DNA from: Octopus bimaculoides
Taxonomy: Eukaryota
DNA: 64,000 bases
NCBI RefSeq assembly: GCF_001194135.2
Contig: NC_068982.1
Location: 29,225,853-29,289,852 of the forward strand
Direction of reading: 5' to 3'
Both the position numbers and the translations under genes were made by a program. Shown one piece after another: positions 1 through 14,039 of the stretch (position 1 is the first letter of the stretch; every line of letters starts with the position of its first letter). The notes beneath the pieces were generated by a model. That model did no database searches, was not told the DNA's origin, and was given only the letters and a program-made list of their open reading frames with translations.

Positions 1-3000
1 ATCACATAATATGAATAGAATAGAAAAAAAAAATATTTTTGTCACAAAATGCTATTCATGTAAATATATTTCATGAACCATTTAATTTAAAGTGGGAAAT
101 AAAATATATCAATTCAAAATCAAGACAACTGAAGTATCATTTTCTTTTTTCATTTGATAGCTTCACTGTCATCATTGCAATCATGGATGTGCTGATTGAA
201 ATTTCCACATGACTACTTTGTAAAGTATACAACCTTCTGTTAGTAGACTTCACACAAATTTGGGTGCATAAACAGTAATAATAAGAAAAAGAAGTAACTG
301 AGAAACAATAGTTATTATATTAGGCATAGGCAACTTTTTTGGAGAAGCAGGCAGCATGAGAAGCATGAGACATGGCTCATCATCATGTAGGCTTCAAAGT
401 AAATTTTTATCAGGAATGCTATTCAGGAAGTTCCAAAGGTTGCAGGTTGTCTATGACAATATTAAATATTGGTTTCAAATTTTGGCACAAGGCCAGTAAC
501 TTCAGTGGAGGGGGCAAGTCAATTACATCGAACCCAGTGTACTTATATTGACCCCAGTGTACTGGTACTTATTATTTTTACCTTAAAAGGATGAAAGGCA
601 AGATTGACCTCAGTGAAATTTGATCCCAGAATGTAAAGTCAGATGAAATGTTGTCAGCATTTTGTCTGGCTTGCTAACGATTCTGCCAGGTCACTGCCTT
701 TGACTATATTAAACATTAAAAGACCCCAATAGTCATGAAGAAATGCCATATTTTAGCACAGATCTTTCTTTTAGTCCTTTCCATTTTCTATTCTCTTTCT
801 CTTTTCCCTTGACACATCAGTTCTCTCTCATTTCACCTTAACTGATATCAAAAGGAAGTAAATTACATTAGAAAACAATATGATTCTCTTAATTTTTCTT
901 TTCCTTATTTACTTTCTTTCCTTCAATCAAGATATCATTCTGAGACTTGTTTCTATTGAAACACAACATTATATAATAATTTCCCTCAAAGAACCATACG
1001 TATGAAAAGACACAGTTATTTTATTTTAATTTAGGCAGATTGTTAGCAGAATAAAGAAAGTGAGTAAATGTATACCCCCATGTTGCACAAGCATTGCACT
1101 CCTGAAAATTTTGCCAAACTGTGGAGTTCTGTATTGTGAAGTCTATTTTTGACTTCCATGTTACATGGAAATCAAAGACAGAAAATGTGTTTCACATTAT
1201 GGAATTCTACATTAACGCAAGATTTTCATGAGCATAATGCTTTGGTAACACAGAGGATGCCTGTATTAATGTAAAATGTGAAACTTGAAAAGAATGATGC
1301 TTGAGATAAATGTGTGTGTGCATGTGTGTGTGTGTATGCATGTGTGTGCGTGCATGCACGCATGTGTGTGCGCATGTGCGTTCATATCTTAAAATGTTTA
1401 TAGGCATTAATGTCTATGCAGATATATAAGCAAACTTTACAAACTGTATGTGAGGTTTATAATTAATAAATCTGGAATCATTAATTACTTATTAATGTAG
1501 ACATATAAGAGTGTTCACTACATGATTGAATTAAGTATATGTAGAATCTAGAAATATGTTTATGATAACTGGAAATTATAATCTATTCCTTTTACATTTC
1601 TGATGATCAAAGACCCCCACCCCAGCAAAAGACATTTGTGTGAAGCCTATTTATTGGCTAAAATTTCTTTTTACTACGCAACACACACAGACACACACAT
1701 ACACATGCGGATATATATAAGTTAGTGCATAACATTAGTAAGGCTGGTTGATGAAATGATTTAAATACTATATAAAATTATTTGAATTTAAATTTTGATT
1801 AAAGAGTGTATAATAGAAGCAATAATAAATATGCATTATGTATAATGTAAAGAAATATCATATTGCATCCATATGACCACATGCATACAACCATTTAAGT
1901 ATGCATATGACATTCAGTACACATATGTTTAAGAAGAAAAAAATCTGGCAGAAAATAAGTTTTTAGAAAATATTTTAAAAGCAAAGTTTTCTCTTATGTA
2001 GAATACTGTTTCAAAGCCACAGCCTAATGACTGAAATCAGTTAATGAATAAAGAAAACTGTAGAGCAGGTGTCAGCCCTATATATTCATAAATAAATCAT
2101 GCAAAATACATTCTTGTAGATGTTATTCAAAATACTATTCTACACAAAGTTACAACAAAAACTTGATTATGCTATAAATTTATAATTTCGAGAGAAGGTG
2201 CCAAATTTTTAAAAATGCCAATATTGTTTTAGTGATTAAAGTTGGAAAAAAAAAAAAATAAGATAAATATATCTCCAGTAAAACCTTCTCACGTTTTCAA
2301 TTCAATGCTTTTGCTAATCCCTAAATATTTGTGCATTTGGCTTTATTTATTTATTTATTTCTTTTTCTTTGTCTCAGTAAATACTGGATCACTTCAGTCA
2401 TCTATACTCCACTCCTACAGAACAGGGGATTGTGCCTATTCAAAACAAACCATTATTCCTCTTGGTTTATTAATGATAAAATGACCATAGACTGATATAT
2501 ATTTTGCAATAATTTAAATCAACAAATTTATAACCATGAAAATATTTAGTTATCAATATATTACAAATTAACATGACCCCTTGAGCGTCTAAAGATGACA
2601 AAAGTTAACAGGAATCACTAATATGAATCATTAAGTAAATTATTTTAGTACATATTAATCTTTGTTTATAATACCTATATCAAGATACATTTCTTAAATA
2701 TTGATAACTTCAGTGATTAAGAAAGCTATACTGCTATAGCTGTAGAATGGGTGAGATGAGTTCTATTCAGAAGTATGTGTTCACTTCAACCTTATGCTTC
2801 TCCTACCCACCTCATAAATCTAATAATATATTCCAGTATAATAGTGAAATACTTTTTAACAAACACAAAAGGAGGAAGGCTGATTCCTTACTGACAATAC
2901 TTCAGGCCAGAACCATGAAGTATCACCTCATAAAGCAACTATTTTCTTGACAATTGGATCTTTGTAAAAAATCTTTGAAATAAATAGACACCTATTCTGG

Positions 3001-3275
3001 TAGCAAATAATTCTGAACAGATCAATGATTTGGACTTCTAAGAAAGAATTGATACATGTAATTAAATAAATTTATTTCTATTATACTAACAATAAGACAA
3101 AGGAAAAATTAATCATATCATAGATTTTTTTTTAGTTTTATATTTTAATTTTTAAATTTCATCAAAATTTATCTATTTATCTTTAGATGAACTTGTTTCC
3201 TTTTTTTTAAAATTTTTATATAGTTGAAGAGAGTTAAAATAATTTAATTTCAAATTATTGCAATGTTTAGTGTAC

Positions 3276-3358
3276 CTAACTGACTGTGGCATAGTCACTG
3301 ATGAAGATTCCCACATGGAGCTGTTCAGAAGGTCGCTGTAGTGAAGATTTTCAATGCA
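3276..3358 (-). CDS. RasGRF: RasGRF internal exon, PH2-REM linker: CIENLHYSDLLNSSMWESSSVTMPQSV(R)
   Basis: Acceptor ttctgtttgcag, donor AG/gtacac; 83 bp, phase 0 to 2. Matches [34 protein letters not shown]. Confidence 0.93.
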
Positions 3359-4439
3359 CTGCAAACAGAACAACAAATAAAATATTTCATTGACAATCAT
3401 ACAAAATATTTATTGGGCGTCTTAAATCATATAAAAAATACATATCTTCTATCTTTTACTTGCTTCAGCCATTGGACTACAACTATTCTGGGGCACCACC
3501 TTGAAGGGTTCAGTCAAGCACATTCACCCCAGTACATTTTTTTTAAAGCCTGGTACTTATTCAATCATTCTTCTTTTGCTAAACTGAAAGTTACAGGGAT
3601 GCAAACAAACCAGCGCTAGTTGTCAAGTGGTAGTGAGGAATATTTTTAGTATTTCTCTGAACACACACACATATATTCATTCAAAATATGTATGATATAA
3701 GGATTGCTGAATGAATATAATGCTTAATGGCAATGATGAGGTCAGTAAATGCAAATCTTCAGTGATTAAATAGGTATGCATTGAACATGATCCATTTAAT
3801 GGGCTATAATTCACATGAGAGATAGCTATACATGTATGGAATGAATATAATATAAGCAAAAAAGAAGGTTATACTGGTATGGACAGAATGGTATGTAATA
3901 TATACAGGAGACATAGCTACATGGAACGAATGATGTATAATGAGGTGAAAAATTATTCTGTGTTTATAGAGGGAAGTATTTTGCTGTAAAGCTAGAGCAA
4001 AGAAGAGCTGAAAAGGATTAGACCTGAAAATATGGAATCTAAGAAATGAGAAAATGAATTGAGATGGACAAGGATGATAGCGATGAGAAAGGTTGCAATG
4101 ACTAGGTACTCTTTGATCCCTAGATAATCAAGTGTTTTTGATTCATTTACTCCAGTACTTAAATAAGTGAAAATTGCCATGATAGCACAATGAAATTCAG
4201 ACCAACATCAATATTTTTTTTTTATTCTTAAGAAAATGAAGATTAAAAATGAAAAAGTTCTAAGTAAAAAAAAACAGTCAGATTTCTACTTGCATTGAGA
4301 AATTATTATCTCAGTTTATATCCTCATCACCATTCAGCATTATAGAAAAAGATATTGTAAAATTTCTAATGTGTAGATTGTGTTTCCCAGCTGGTGTTGC
4401 CCAAAATGCTAGGGCTCGAAAAGGCTGCTTGAATTTCTG

Positions 4440-4940
4440 AGAATGATAGTGATACACAGATGATTTTGCAAGAGAGAAGACTGCATTGGTATGGTCATGT
4501 GATGCATATTGATAAGGACAGCTGCATAAAGAAGTGTCACTCTCTAACTGTGGAGGGAACATGGGAAAGAGGTAGACCCAGGAAGATATGGGACAAGGTG
4601 GTGAAGCATGATCTTCAGACATTGAATCTTATGGAGATGATGACAATTAATTGAGAGCGTTGGTGATTCGCTGTGCTTGAGAAGACATGTCAAACCAAGT
4701 GAAATCTTAGTTGCGGCCAATGGCAGTGACACAGAAAAGGCACCCGTACCAGTGACATGTAAAAGGTACTTGTGCAGCTGACATGTAAAAGCACCCACTA
4801 CATTCTTGGAATGGTTGGCATTAGGAAGAACATCCATTCATAGAAACCAAGCCAAATTAGACAGGAGCCTGGTACCAGTCCCAGTAAAGCCATCTAACCC
4901 ATGCCAGCATGGAAAATGGACATGAAATGATGATGATGAT
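4440..4940 (+). mobile_element. 5'-truncated RTE LINE: ORF2 C-terminus plus 3' UTR
   Basis: ERRLHWYGHVMHID...GRPRKIW motif, followed by the tail tggttggcattagg...ccatgccagcatgg...(gat)n. Confidence 0.85.
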
Positions 4941-5513
4941 ATACAGACTAATAATTGGAAGCAAATGAATTTTTTAGTTTCTTTTGTTTATTCTAAGTTC
5001 ATAGTTTTATTAGACATGTTGTGCATGTGTAATAAATCTTGCCACTTGCAGGAAGTAGTGAAATCCTATGGGTAAAACTGGTTTCTTAATGGTGAATTCT
5101 AATTTGATATTAAGCAATTTCTCAAATTTTTAAACTTTCCTTTGTAATATCTGATGAATTTAGTGCAGCGAAACCTTTTAAAGACAATTTTAAGATTTGT
5201 TTAATCATGAAAGAAAACTTTTACTAAAAATAGTAATTTTTTTGTAGGTTTTCTTTCGAATGTGAATGTATTTCAAGGGTTTTCAAAAGACTATTATGAT
5301 TGGAAAATGCTTGCTTAACCTAAACATATTTGAATTCTATCTAAAAAATGCTGATTATGTCTTTTTCTTTTTCCATTTGTAAATTGAAGATTTATCATGA
5401 CAGATTAAAAATATAATCACAATAAGACCTCGTCTAATTAATTATTTCAAAAAGCATTATGAATATAGAATTTTTTTTTTTTTTAAGTATAGCAACAAAA
5501 ATGTAGTTCTTAC

Positions 5514-5710
5514 CTGACTAATCTCACTACACCAAGCAGCTTTTTCTTGTGGGGTTGCTGCCACTAGGGACAGTGTTAATGGTGGTCCACTTTTTGAATC
5601 TATAATAAGACGGAATTCAAGACCATGATGATCTGGTCTATCTTTTCCATCAGTTTGGTTTCCCAATGCATTTGGACCAAGTGACTGACTGCCAAAACTG
5701 CCAACCGAGT
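5514..5710 (-). CDS. RasGRF: RasGRF internal exon, end of PH2: (N)SVGSFGSQSLGPNALGNQTDGKDRPDHHGLEFRLIIDSKSGPPLTLSLVAATPQEKAAWCSEISQ
   Basis: Acceptor ttattctttag, donor CAG/gtaaga; 197 bp, phase 1 to 0. Matches RASGRF HLDFKI...PPFTVILVASSRQEKAAWTSDISQ. Confidence 0.96.
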
Positions 5711-5900
5711 CTAAAGAATAAGCTAAACAAACAAAAGAAACAAAATATTATGTTTACAATGCCTTAATAACAGCAGAGGTTTAAACAAAAATGCCAGCCA
5801 TAAAAAAATATTCAAATTAATATAAATATAGAAATAATACATTTCTAAATCTCTCAGAGAGATTTATGCAGTAGTGATACGATGAAGTAGTTGTATGCTG

Positions 5901-6269
5901 TCAACTTAATGTGACAGTCCCCTGAAGGGAATAATACAACTGTTGGTTAGACCTAGGAAATTGCACTGCTTCCTGTCGGCCTTGACATTTCCTGTGTCCT
6001 TATTTTCACAAAGGGGAGACAAGCACCTCCACCCAGCTAAGCCTGCATCCAGAGACATGTTTCTGAGTCTTTGCTACTCCAGACTGATGACAATCAAAGA
6101 CTCAGAAACATGTCTCTGGATGTAGGCTTAGCTGAGTGGAGGTGCTTGTCTCCCTCTTGTAAACATAAGGACACAGGAAATGTGTCAAGGCCGACAGGAA
6201 GTGGTGCAGCTTCCTAGGTCTAACCAACAGTAGTGTTATTCCCTTCAGGTGACTGTCACATTAAGTTGA
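5901..6269. repeat. Long foldback (inverted repeat, ~173-bp arms, 21-nt loop), MITE-like
   Basis: 5901-6073 is the reverse complement of 6095-6269 at roughly 90% identity by eye. Confidence 0.9.
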
Positions 6270-7297
6270 TAATATAAATATTCTTCAAATCCTGCAGGTA
6301 AACATTATTACCATATTTGTAGATAATGTTTCAGTCTTCTTAATCAATTGATTCTTTATTATTTGTTGAAACATTTCAAAACCAATTTCATGCCATATCT
6401 CATGTTTTATGCTTATGTTTTGATTTCTCATTACTGCTTTGTTTTAAACTTCTTGAAAATCATTGACTGCATTAAAAGTGATTTAAAAGAAAACATTCAC
6501 TCATACACTTATTACAAACATTCACACACATGTAGATGTACACATCTTCCTAAACACCTCCTCTCCACTGTGTTCACCACTCTCCCTGCATTTACCTCTC
6601 CTCTGTCTCCCACTCACTCACCCTGTTCAAGCCTCTGTTTCACTTCACTTCTAGTCACCTCCCTGTCACTTGAGGATATGTCCCAACATATCTTCTTCAC
6701 TAGTTTCTATCACTCTCCGCTCTGTCTCTTTCATTCCTTCTTTCTCTCTCCCTCTCTATTTTTCCAACTGGAGTAGTCATGTATCTCTTCTACAGCAAGG
6801 CACTAATTTTTGTCCTTCTATCATACTCTAACCTCTGATCACCTGGCACAAGACCACTTCCCTCAATACTACTCTCTCCTCAGTTGTGGGTCATGTCTTG
6901 CAAGTTACTTGGTGGCTTTGCCAGTGCCCTGTAAAACCCCCCCAATAAACTCTGTAAAGTGGTTGGCATTAGGAAACCATGCCAATGCAGTCTGATGAGT
7001 ATGATGCAATCTTCCAGTTCATCAGCTCCTGTCAAAACAACCCAACCCATGCCTGCATGGAAAACAAACATCAAATGGTGATTATGTTGATAATGATATA
7101 TATATATATATTCTTTTCTACTCGAGACACAAGGCATGAAATTTTGGGGGAGGGTCCAGTTAATTAGATTGAGCCAAGTATGCAACTGGTACTTAATTTA
7201 TTGACCCTGAAAGGATGAAAGGCAAAGTCGACCTTGGTGGAATAAATATATATATATATAAAGAATAGTATAAATAACTACACATACACAACATGTC

Positions 7298-7345
<48 letters not shown>

Positions 7346-7717
7346 CATACATATATATAAGAATAAATATATACATATCTACACACAAAATACACACACA
7401 TATATACACAGAAATACACATATATACATTTGCATATATAAATATATACGTAAATATATATATATACATTTACATATATAATTATTACATAAACTATTAT
7501 TATTATAAATTATATATATATTATAATATATAAATTATATATTATATATATAAGTTATATAAATTAAATTATATAATATAAATTATTATTATTATAAATT
7601 ATATTACATATATAATTATCTTAATTATTAATTTTTCTATATGTGACAGTGGATTTTCATCGATGAGTTCATGAACCTAGGTTCTTTTCCCTAAAACTAT
7701 ATATATATATATATATC

Positions 7718-8000
7718 AGCACCCAGTCCACACTGTAAAGTGGCTGGCGTTTGGAAGGGCATCCAGCTGTAAAAACCTTGCCAAAACTGACCTCACCTGT
7801 GCTTGTGCCATATAATAAAGCACAAAGTCCACTTTGCTGAGTGGTTGGTGTTAGGAAGGGCATCCAGCTGTAAAAATCCTGCCAAAACAGTTACAGAAGT
7901 CTGGTGCAGGCTTCTACCTGGACGACTCTTGTCAAACTGTCCCACCCACGCCAGCATGGAAGGCAGACATCAAACACAATGATGTTGGTGATGATGATAT
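7718..8000 (+). mobile_element. RTE 3' UTR-only copy. Related copies at about 6930-7085(+), 16225-16410(-), 27560-27760(+), 40150-40330(-), 40405-40578(+), 54270-54360(-)
   Basis: Same ggaagggcatccagctgta...ccatgccagcatgg...gatgatgat tail that follows RTE ORF2 at 4440 and 39280. Confidence 0.7.
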
Positions 8001-9335
8001 TATGTGAAGGCACTTGACCTAGCAGTTAGGGTGTTGCACTTATGATTACTAGATTGTGGGTTTGATTCCTGCATGGGGTGACACATTATGTCATTGAGCA
8101 AAACACTTCATTTCACATTGCTCTGCAATCATTTCGACATCAGATGTGTGACACACTTGTGCACCTGCACAGATAATGTTGATTTGATAGAGGGAGGGAG
8201 CCAATGTACAGCATATACATTTGATCACTATAAACAAATCCTTTGCACAACAAATCATGTACCCTAAAACTGCACAATTATACATCATCTTCAATGGAAG
8301 GTTCCATCGTACATATATATTGCCTCCTGTCTAAGGAAGTATAAGGACTTTCCATGCAGATATACACAATGGTCTTTAGTTTCCATCTACCAAATTCACT
8401 CACAAGATTTTGGTCTGCCAGAGGCTATAGCAGAAGACACTTACCCAAGATGTGTAGCAGGACTGAACCTGAAACCACATAGTTCGGAAGCAAACTCCTT
8501 ACCCATGTAGCCATGGCTGCACCAATATATGTGTGTGTGCGAGTGTTCGTGTGTGTGCATAGGAGAGAGAATGTGTATGTGCATATGTAGACACAAACAC
8601 ACAGTAGTTTCTGTCTACTAATTGCAGGTGCGTAACTCAGTGGTTAGAGTGTCAGGCTCACAATCATGAGGAAGTGAGTTTGATTCCTGGACCAGGCTGT
8701 GTGTTGTGTTCTTGAGCAAGGCACTTTATTTCATGTTTCTTCAGTTCACTCAGCGGTAGAAATGAGTTGCGACGTCACTGGTGCCAAGCTGTATTGGCCT
8801 TTACCTTGGATACATCAGTGGCATGACGAGAGGTGGCTGGTATGCATGGATGACTGCTGATCTTCCATAAACAACCTTGACTGTACTTGTGCCTCAGTGG
8901 GGAATTTTCTAGGTGCAATTCCATGGTCGTTCATGACTGAAGGGGGTCTTTATCCTTTACAAATTGTACACTAATTCCATTCATAAAACATTGATCAAGC
9001 TGAAGTTACAGTGGAAGTGACTTGCCCAGGGTGCTATGTGATAGAACATAAGACTGCATGGTTACAAAATAAACTTTGTGCACAACTCAGAAAACAGAAT
9101 AAAGTTGATGTGTTGTGCTATCATACACTAATCAAATTAGACAAACTTACATTGATTTAGCTTTCTGTAACCTAAAATAAATTCTCACCAAGTCAAGAAA
9201 AGATCCTTTCCACAATCACTGAAGATGCTAGAAATAACAAACAAATTTCCCTCATGAAATGAGGAAAGACAGACATGAAAGCAATCTTACCAATTTCTCC
9301 ATCTATTTTCCATTTTATTTTAAAGTTAAACTTAC

Positions 9336-9414
9336 TGTCTTCATCAACGAGGAAAACTTCAGAACTGGGATCTTCAATAAGTGTGCAGTCTATCAGAGGA
9401 ATTTTCCCTTGTTG
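9336..9414 (-). CDS. RasGRF: RasGRF internal exon: QQGKIPLIDCTLIEDPSSEVFLVDED
   Basis: Acceptor ttctttccag, donor A/gtaag; 79 bp, phase 0 to 1. Continues the frame of the 30700 exon and matches RASGRF NGVISLIDCTLLEEP. Confidence 0.95.
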
Positions 9415-9800
9415 CTGGAAAGAATCCATAGAAAGTAATTTTATAGCAAAAATTATAATTTTTTTTTTTTTTTATAATCATAACAAAATAACGAAGGTTT
9501 TAATGATAACTACAATAGCTTTATAGATTACCCTGGTAGAGAAAAATGAATATATAAAAACAAAAGCAATTCAGTGGAAATGTGTTTTCNNNNNNNNNNN
9601 NNNNNNNNNNNNNNNNNNNNNNNNNNNNNNNNNNNNNNNNNNNNNNNNNNNNNNNNNNNNNNNNNNNNNNNNNNNNNNNNNNNNNNNNNNNNNNNNNNNN
9701 NNNNNNNNNNNNNNNNNNNNNNNNNNNNNNNNNNNNNNNNNNNNNNNNNNNNNNNNNNNNNNNNNNNNNNNNNNNNNNNNNNNNNNNNNNNNNNNNNNNN

Positions 9801-9832
<32 letters not shown>

Positions 9833-12800
9833 TAGATATTGCTTTCATATTTGTTTTGCAAGATTGTTGATGAGAAATTGTGACTTGAAATGGAAGTTGT
9901 ACTTTGGGTGGGTCAGTTCTTCAATTATACTGGGTTGCATTTCACTTCTTTTTTTTATTTGTTGACTAGCTACATTGTTAACCGATCGATTTTTGATCAT
10001 TCATTCAGTCAGTTCATTAGATTCCCTTCCTTACAGCTTCTGCCCTCATCCTCACATTGATATGCACTTCCAGTTAGTGTGAAGCTAACAGGAGGTGCTC
10101 AGTGATATGAGGAGCAGATAAGGGCACATCTTCAATGATGTCACAGGCTGTGGTGAAAGGACTGAGGTGACCAATGCGATCAATTGATCACATGACTAAC
10201 TAAGCAATTGATGAGTTAATTAGTGAGCCAACAATAATTAAAAGAAATGAAATACAAACTGTATGTATGTATTTTGGTTGGTTAATGACCCTCTAAAGTA
10301 CTATATATATATATATAAAATACTTAAATATATATAAAATACTTAAATATGTATAAAATCATCATTATCATCATCATCCTCAACATTGTCATTTTACATC
10401 CATTTTCATAGCTGGCATTTGTTAGACAGGTCCGAGTCAGCTCCTATTCAAAGTTACTGCATCTTGCGTTTACAATATGAGTATGAATGTGATGGACTAA
10501 ATAGAGAAAATACAATGGAAGGAGAGACATGAAAGAGAGACAATGGCAAGTGGGCTCATTAAAGGGAAACAATAGAAATGGCAGAGAATGGTGCAAGCCA
10601 ACAATGTGTAGATTGATATGGGATGGTTAATGTGAGAGCAAAGAGGAATAAGCAATAAAGATGTGTGATAACGAGAATGATATGAAGGTGAGACAATGAT
10701 AGCTAGCCATCTCCTCTTCCACAGATGTCATGGTGACAGAGTGATACAAAGTGATGGTGGAGGGGATTGAAGAAAAAGTCCAGTGCACTACAGAGAATAG
10801 GAGAGAGGGAGTGAGAAATAGATGAGAAAATAATGAAGGCAGTAGATGAAGAGTTGACAGGGATATAACATAATGGAGAAGTCTGAAAGTAGATATGTTA
10901 CACGTTCCAAACTTTATTGCCATCACTTTTTTAATGACCATTTTTTTCACACTTGCAATAATGGGTTCATCTTTTTATGCACCATTTGCTGCAAGTCATC
11001 ACAATTCTAAATATATAAATTTATTTTGAGTATGCTTGCAATTCTAATAACTGTTGTGATACATTTTAAATTAAGCTATATTCATATAACATTTATATAG
11101 GAAATACACCTCTAAACAGAGTGCATCAATTTGTCATGTACTTATTATTGATGGCTAAAAGGTGCATTTCAACTCAATCAATTTTATTATTTGACACATT
11201 CAGTTTTCACTTTTCTTTAGAAAAGTTTTGAGGGAGGAAAAAAAAATTAAACAAAATATTCATCTCCAACCTTAAAACAAGAGAACTGATGCTTCAAAAC
11301 TTCTTGAGAACAATTCATTTTGATTCCATTACAAGACATGTCACAAGAAAAAAAAAGTACATTTCTCTAACTACAGTGCATGGTGATTAACAAACATACA
11401 ATGTGCATTAATGATTCACTGGTTATAATGATTCAATACATCAACACAGCACAAGCTCACAATACTTATTTACTCTTTACTGACAATACTACTCCAGTAG
11501 TAATTCTTTGGTGATATGAAGTGTCTTATAAACATTATCAAAAACACTTACATTTTTTTGACTGACCTTAATCTTACCAATACACTATCTGCCAATGATT
11601 AAATCTTTATCAAAATATCAAAAGTAACTATTGCAACTGAAAAAAATTTCTACTACATCCAAAATATATAACACATTGGCTTCATGAATGGTTTTGTTTC
11701 CATAAAGTCAGCTTTGTTTAAGCGATTCCATTACAGCTTCACACTGAATTACTTTTTCATTAACTATTCTATTGGATCAGTTTATTTTTAGATCTTGCAG
11801 TAATTGGAAGACAGATAGCTGTTGTTGTTGCAGTAGACTCAGTTGACTTTGATTAAAGAGACTTATACATGAAAGTAACCAATTATACAACTAGGTATGA
11901 TCTTGCTGTAACATGTACCATGTTTGGTGGCATGTAAGATGCACTTTCTTCTCAAAATATTGTCATGAAAAAAGAAAAAGGAAATCTTCTTGGGTTCTTT
12001 ATGTGAGATTCATTTAAGTGTTACATTTTTTAATGCGCTAAAAGCATTTTTTCCTGAAAATTCACTGTTGAAATTAGGATAAATCTAATATACCCATGTC
12101 ATTTATGCCATCAAATATATTAGTAGTAATTGTTATTGTAGTTTAGTTGATGTCTGGATAGAGCAGACTTAAGTTTAGCACTGACCAGTCAAATGATGAA
12201 GTGTTTGAGAACCATAGTGAATTCTCTGAAAAAGCATTGGTTTATTAAATGAAGCACAGGGCAGCAGTCTAGACATTTCTGACACTATTCAGTCAGTTAT
12301 TGCATACTTTGTTGTGTAGCGAGCATGAAATTTATCTTTATTGAAAGGGAAAACAATGACTTAATTTAGATATGTTTTTTAAGCATTTATCAGTTAAACA
12401 AATGTGTAATCATTAAGTGCTTAGAAAGTTTAACCTTAAAAAGGGATTAGGAATAGAGGGTGTTTCATGTTAATGTAAGAAAATATATTTTAATGAAGCT
12501 ACTTCATCTCAGCTGTTTAGGCTTCATATCAGTTTCCTATATTTTCTATTTTTTATTGTTTAATTACACTATAATAGGTGTGTGTGTGTGTACTTTCCTA
12601 TGATATCATTCCACACACTCAAATAAGACATCACGTTTATCTCATCCATGTAGATGTATAAATGGGAAATATGGTAATACAGTAAAAATATATAAATATA
12701 CATGATTATATTCATATGTGTAAATATTCTCATAAACTAGTAGCAATAGACAGAGTTTCATTTGCAGGGCTGATTTCTAATATAACCACTCTACCCATCA

Positions 12801-12876
12801 CCTGTATTGAGTATTCACTTCAACTCTGGTCTTCCTGCTTCCATGCCAGTAATACTATGTATATATAGATTACATA

Positions 12877-12947
<71 letters not shown>

Positions 12948-13058
12948 NNNNNNNNNNACATACATACTACATACCTACAAATATATATATACACAATGTA
13001 TGTGTAAATACAAATATACATAGCTGTACATTCATATATGCATATGTATGCACATATT

Positions 13059-13099
<41 letters not shown>

Positions 13100-13539
13100 T
13101 TAGATTCAAGGTGAATATGGTACTTAAGTTTAGGCACATATATGGGCATCTTTCTGTTTCTTTCTACCAAATCCACCAACAAGGCTTTGGATGGCCTGAT
13201 GCTGTAGTAGAAGACAGTTGTCCAAGGTGCCATGCAGTGGCACTGAACCCAGAATCATGTGGTTTGGAAGCAAACTTCTTATCACACAGCCACTTCAGTA
13301 TCTACATACACATACTTACATACATATGTATGTGCATGTTTGTGTGTGCGCGTGTGTGTACTTTTGGTTGTACAAATCAAAGAAAAATACTCAAATAACT
13401 GAGAGAGGTTATTTATTAGATTGGAATTGATAATTCAGTGTTAGCACTCTGGGTATCTTGGTTTTAAATATTTCACTCAAGGGACAAAGTTGAGACAACA
13501 ACTAGTTGGGATTCAGATCCAGTTACTGTGTTATTGTGA

Positions 13540-13580
<41 letters not shown>

Positions 13581-14006
13581 NNNNNNNNNNNNNNNNNNNN
13601 NNNNNNNNNNNNNNNNNNNNNNNNNNNNNNNNNNNNNNNNNNNNNNNNNNNNNNNNNNNNNNNNNNNNNNNNNNNNNNNNNNNNNNNNNNNNNNNNNNNN
13701 NNNNNNNNNNNNNNNNNNNNNNNNNNNNNNNNNNNNNNNNNNNNNNNNNNNNNNNNNNNNNNNNNNNNNNNNNNNNNNNNNNNNNNNNNNNNNNNNNNNN
13801 NNNNNNNNNNNNNNNNNNNNNNNNNNNNNNNNNNNNNNNNNNNNNNNNNNNNNNNNNNNNNNNNNNNNNNNNNNNNNNNNNNNNNNNNNNNNNNNNNNNN
13901 NNNNNNNNNNNNNNNNNNNNNNNNNNNNNNNNNNNNNNNNNNNNNNNNNNNNNNNNNNNNNNNNNNNNNNNNNNNNNNNNNNNNNNNNNNNNNNNNNNNN
14001 NNNNNN

Positions 14007-14039
<33 letters not shown>

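Noticed and set aside
121-260. Possible next RasGRF exon (CNDDSEAIK on the minus strand)
   Set aside because: Ends in a stop, does not match the expected DDVDIRFS..SCKV motif, and lacks suitable splice sites; the next exon is probably left of the window.
6348-6900. 142-aa ORF in a pyrimidine-rich tract (similar purine-rich tract at 10440-10950)
   Set aside because: Compositionally biased and probably old LINE remnants; no diagnostic motif identified.
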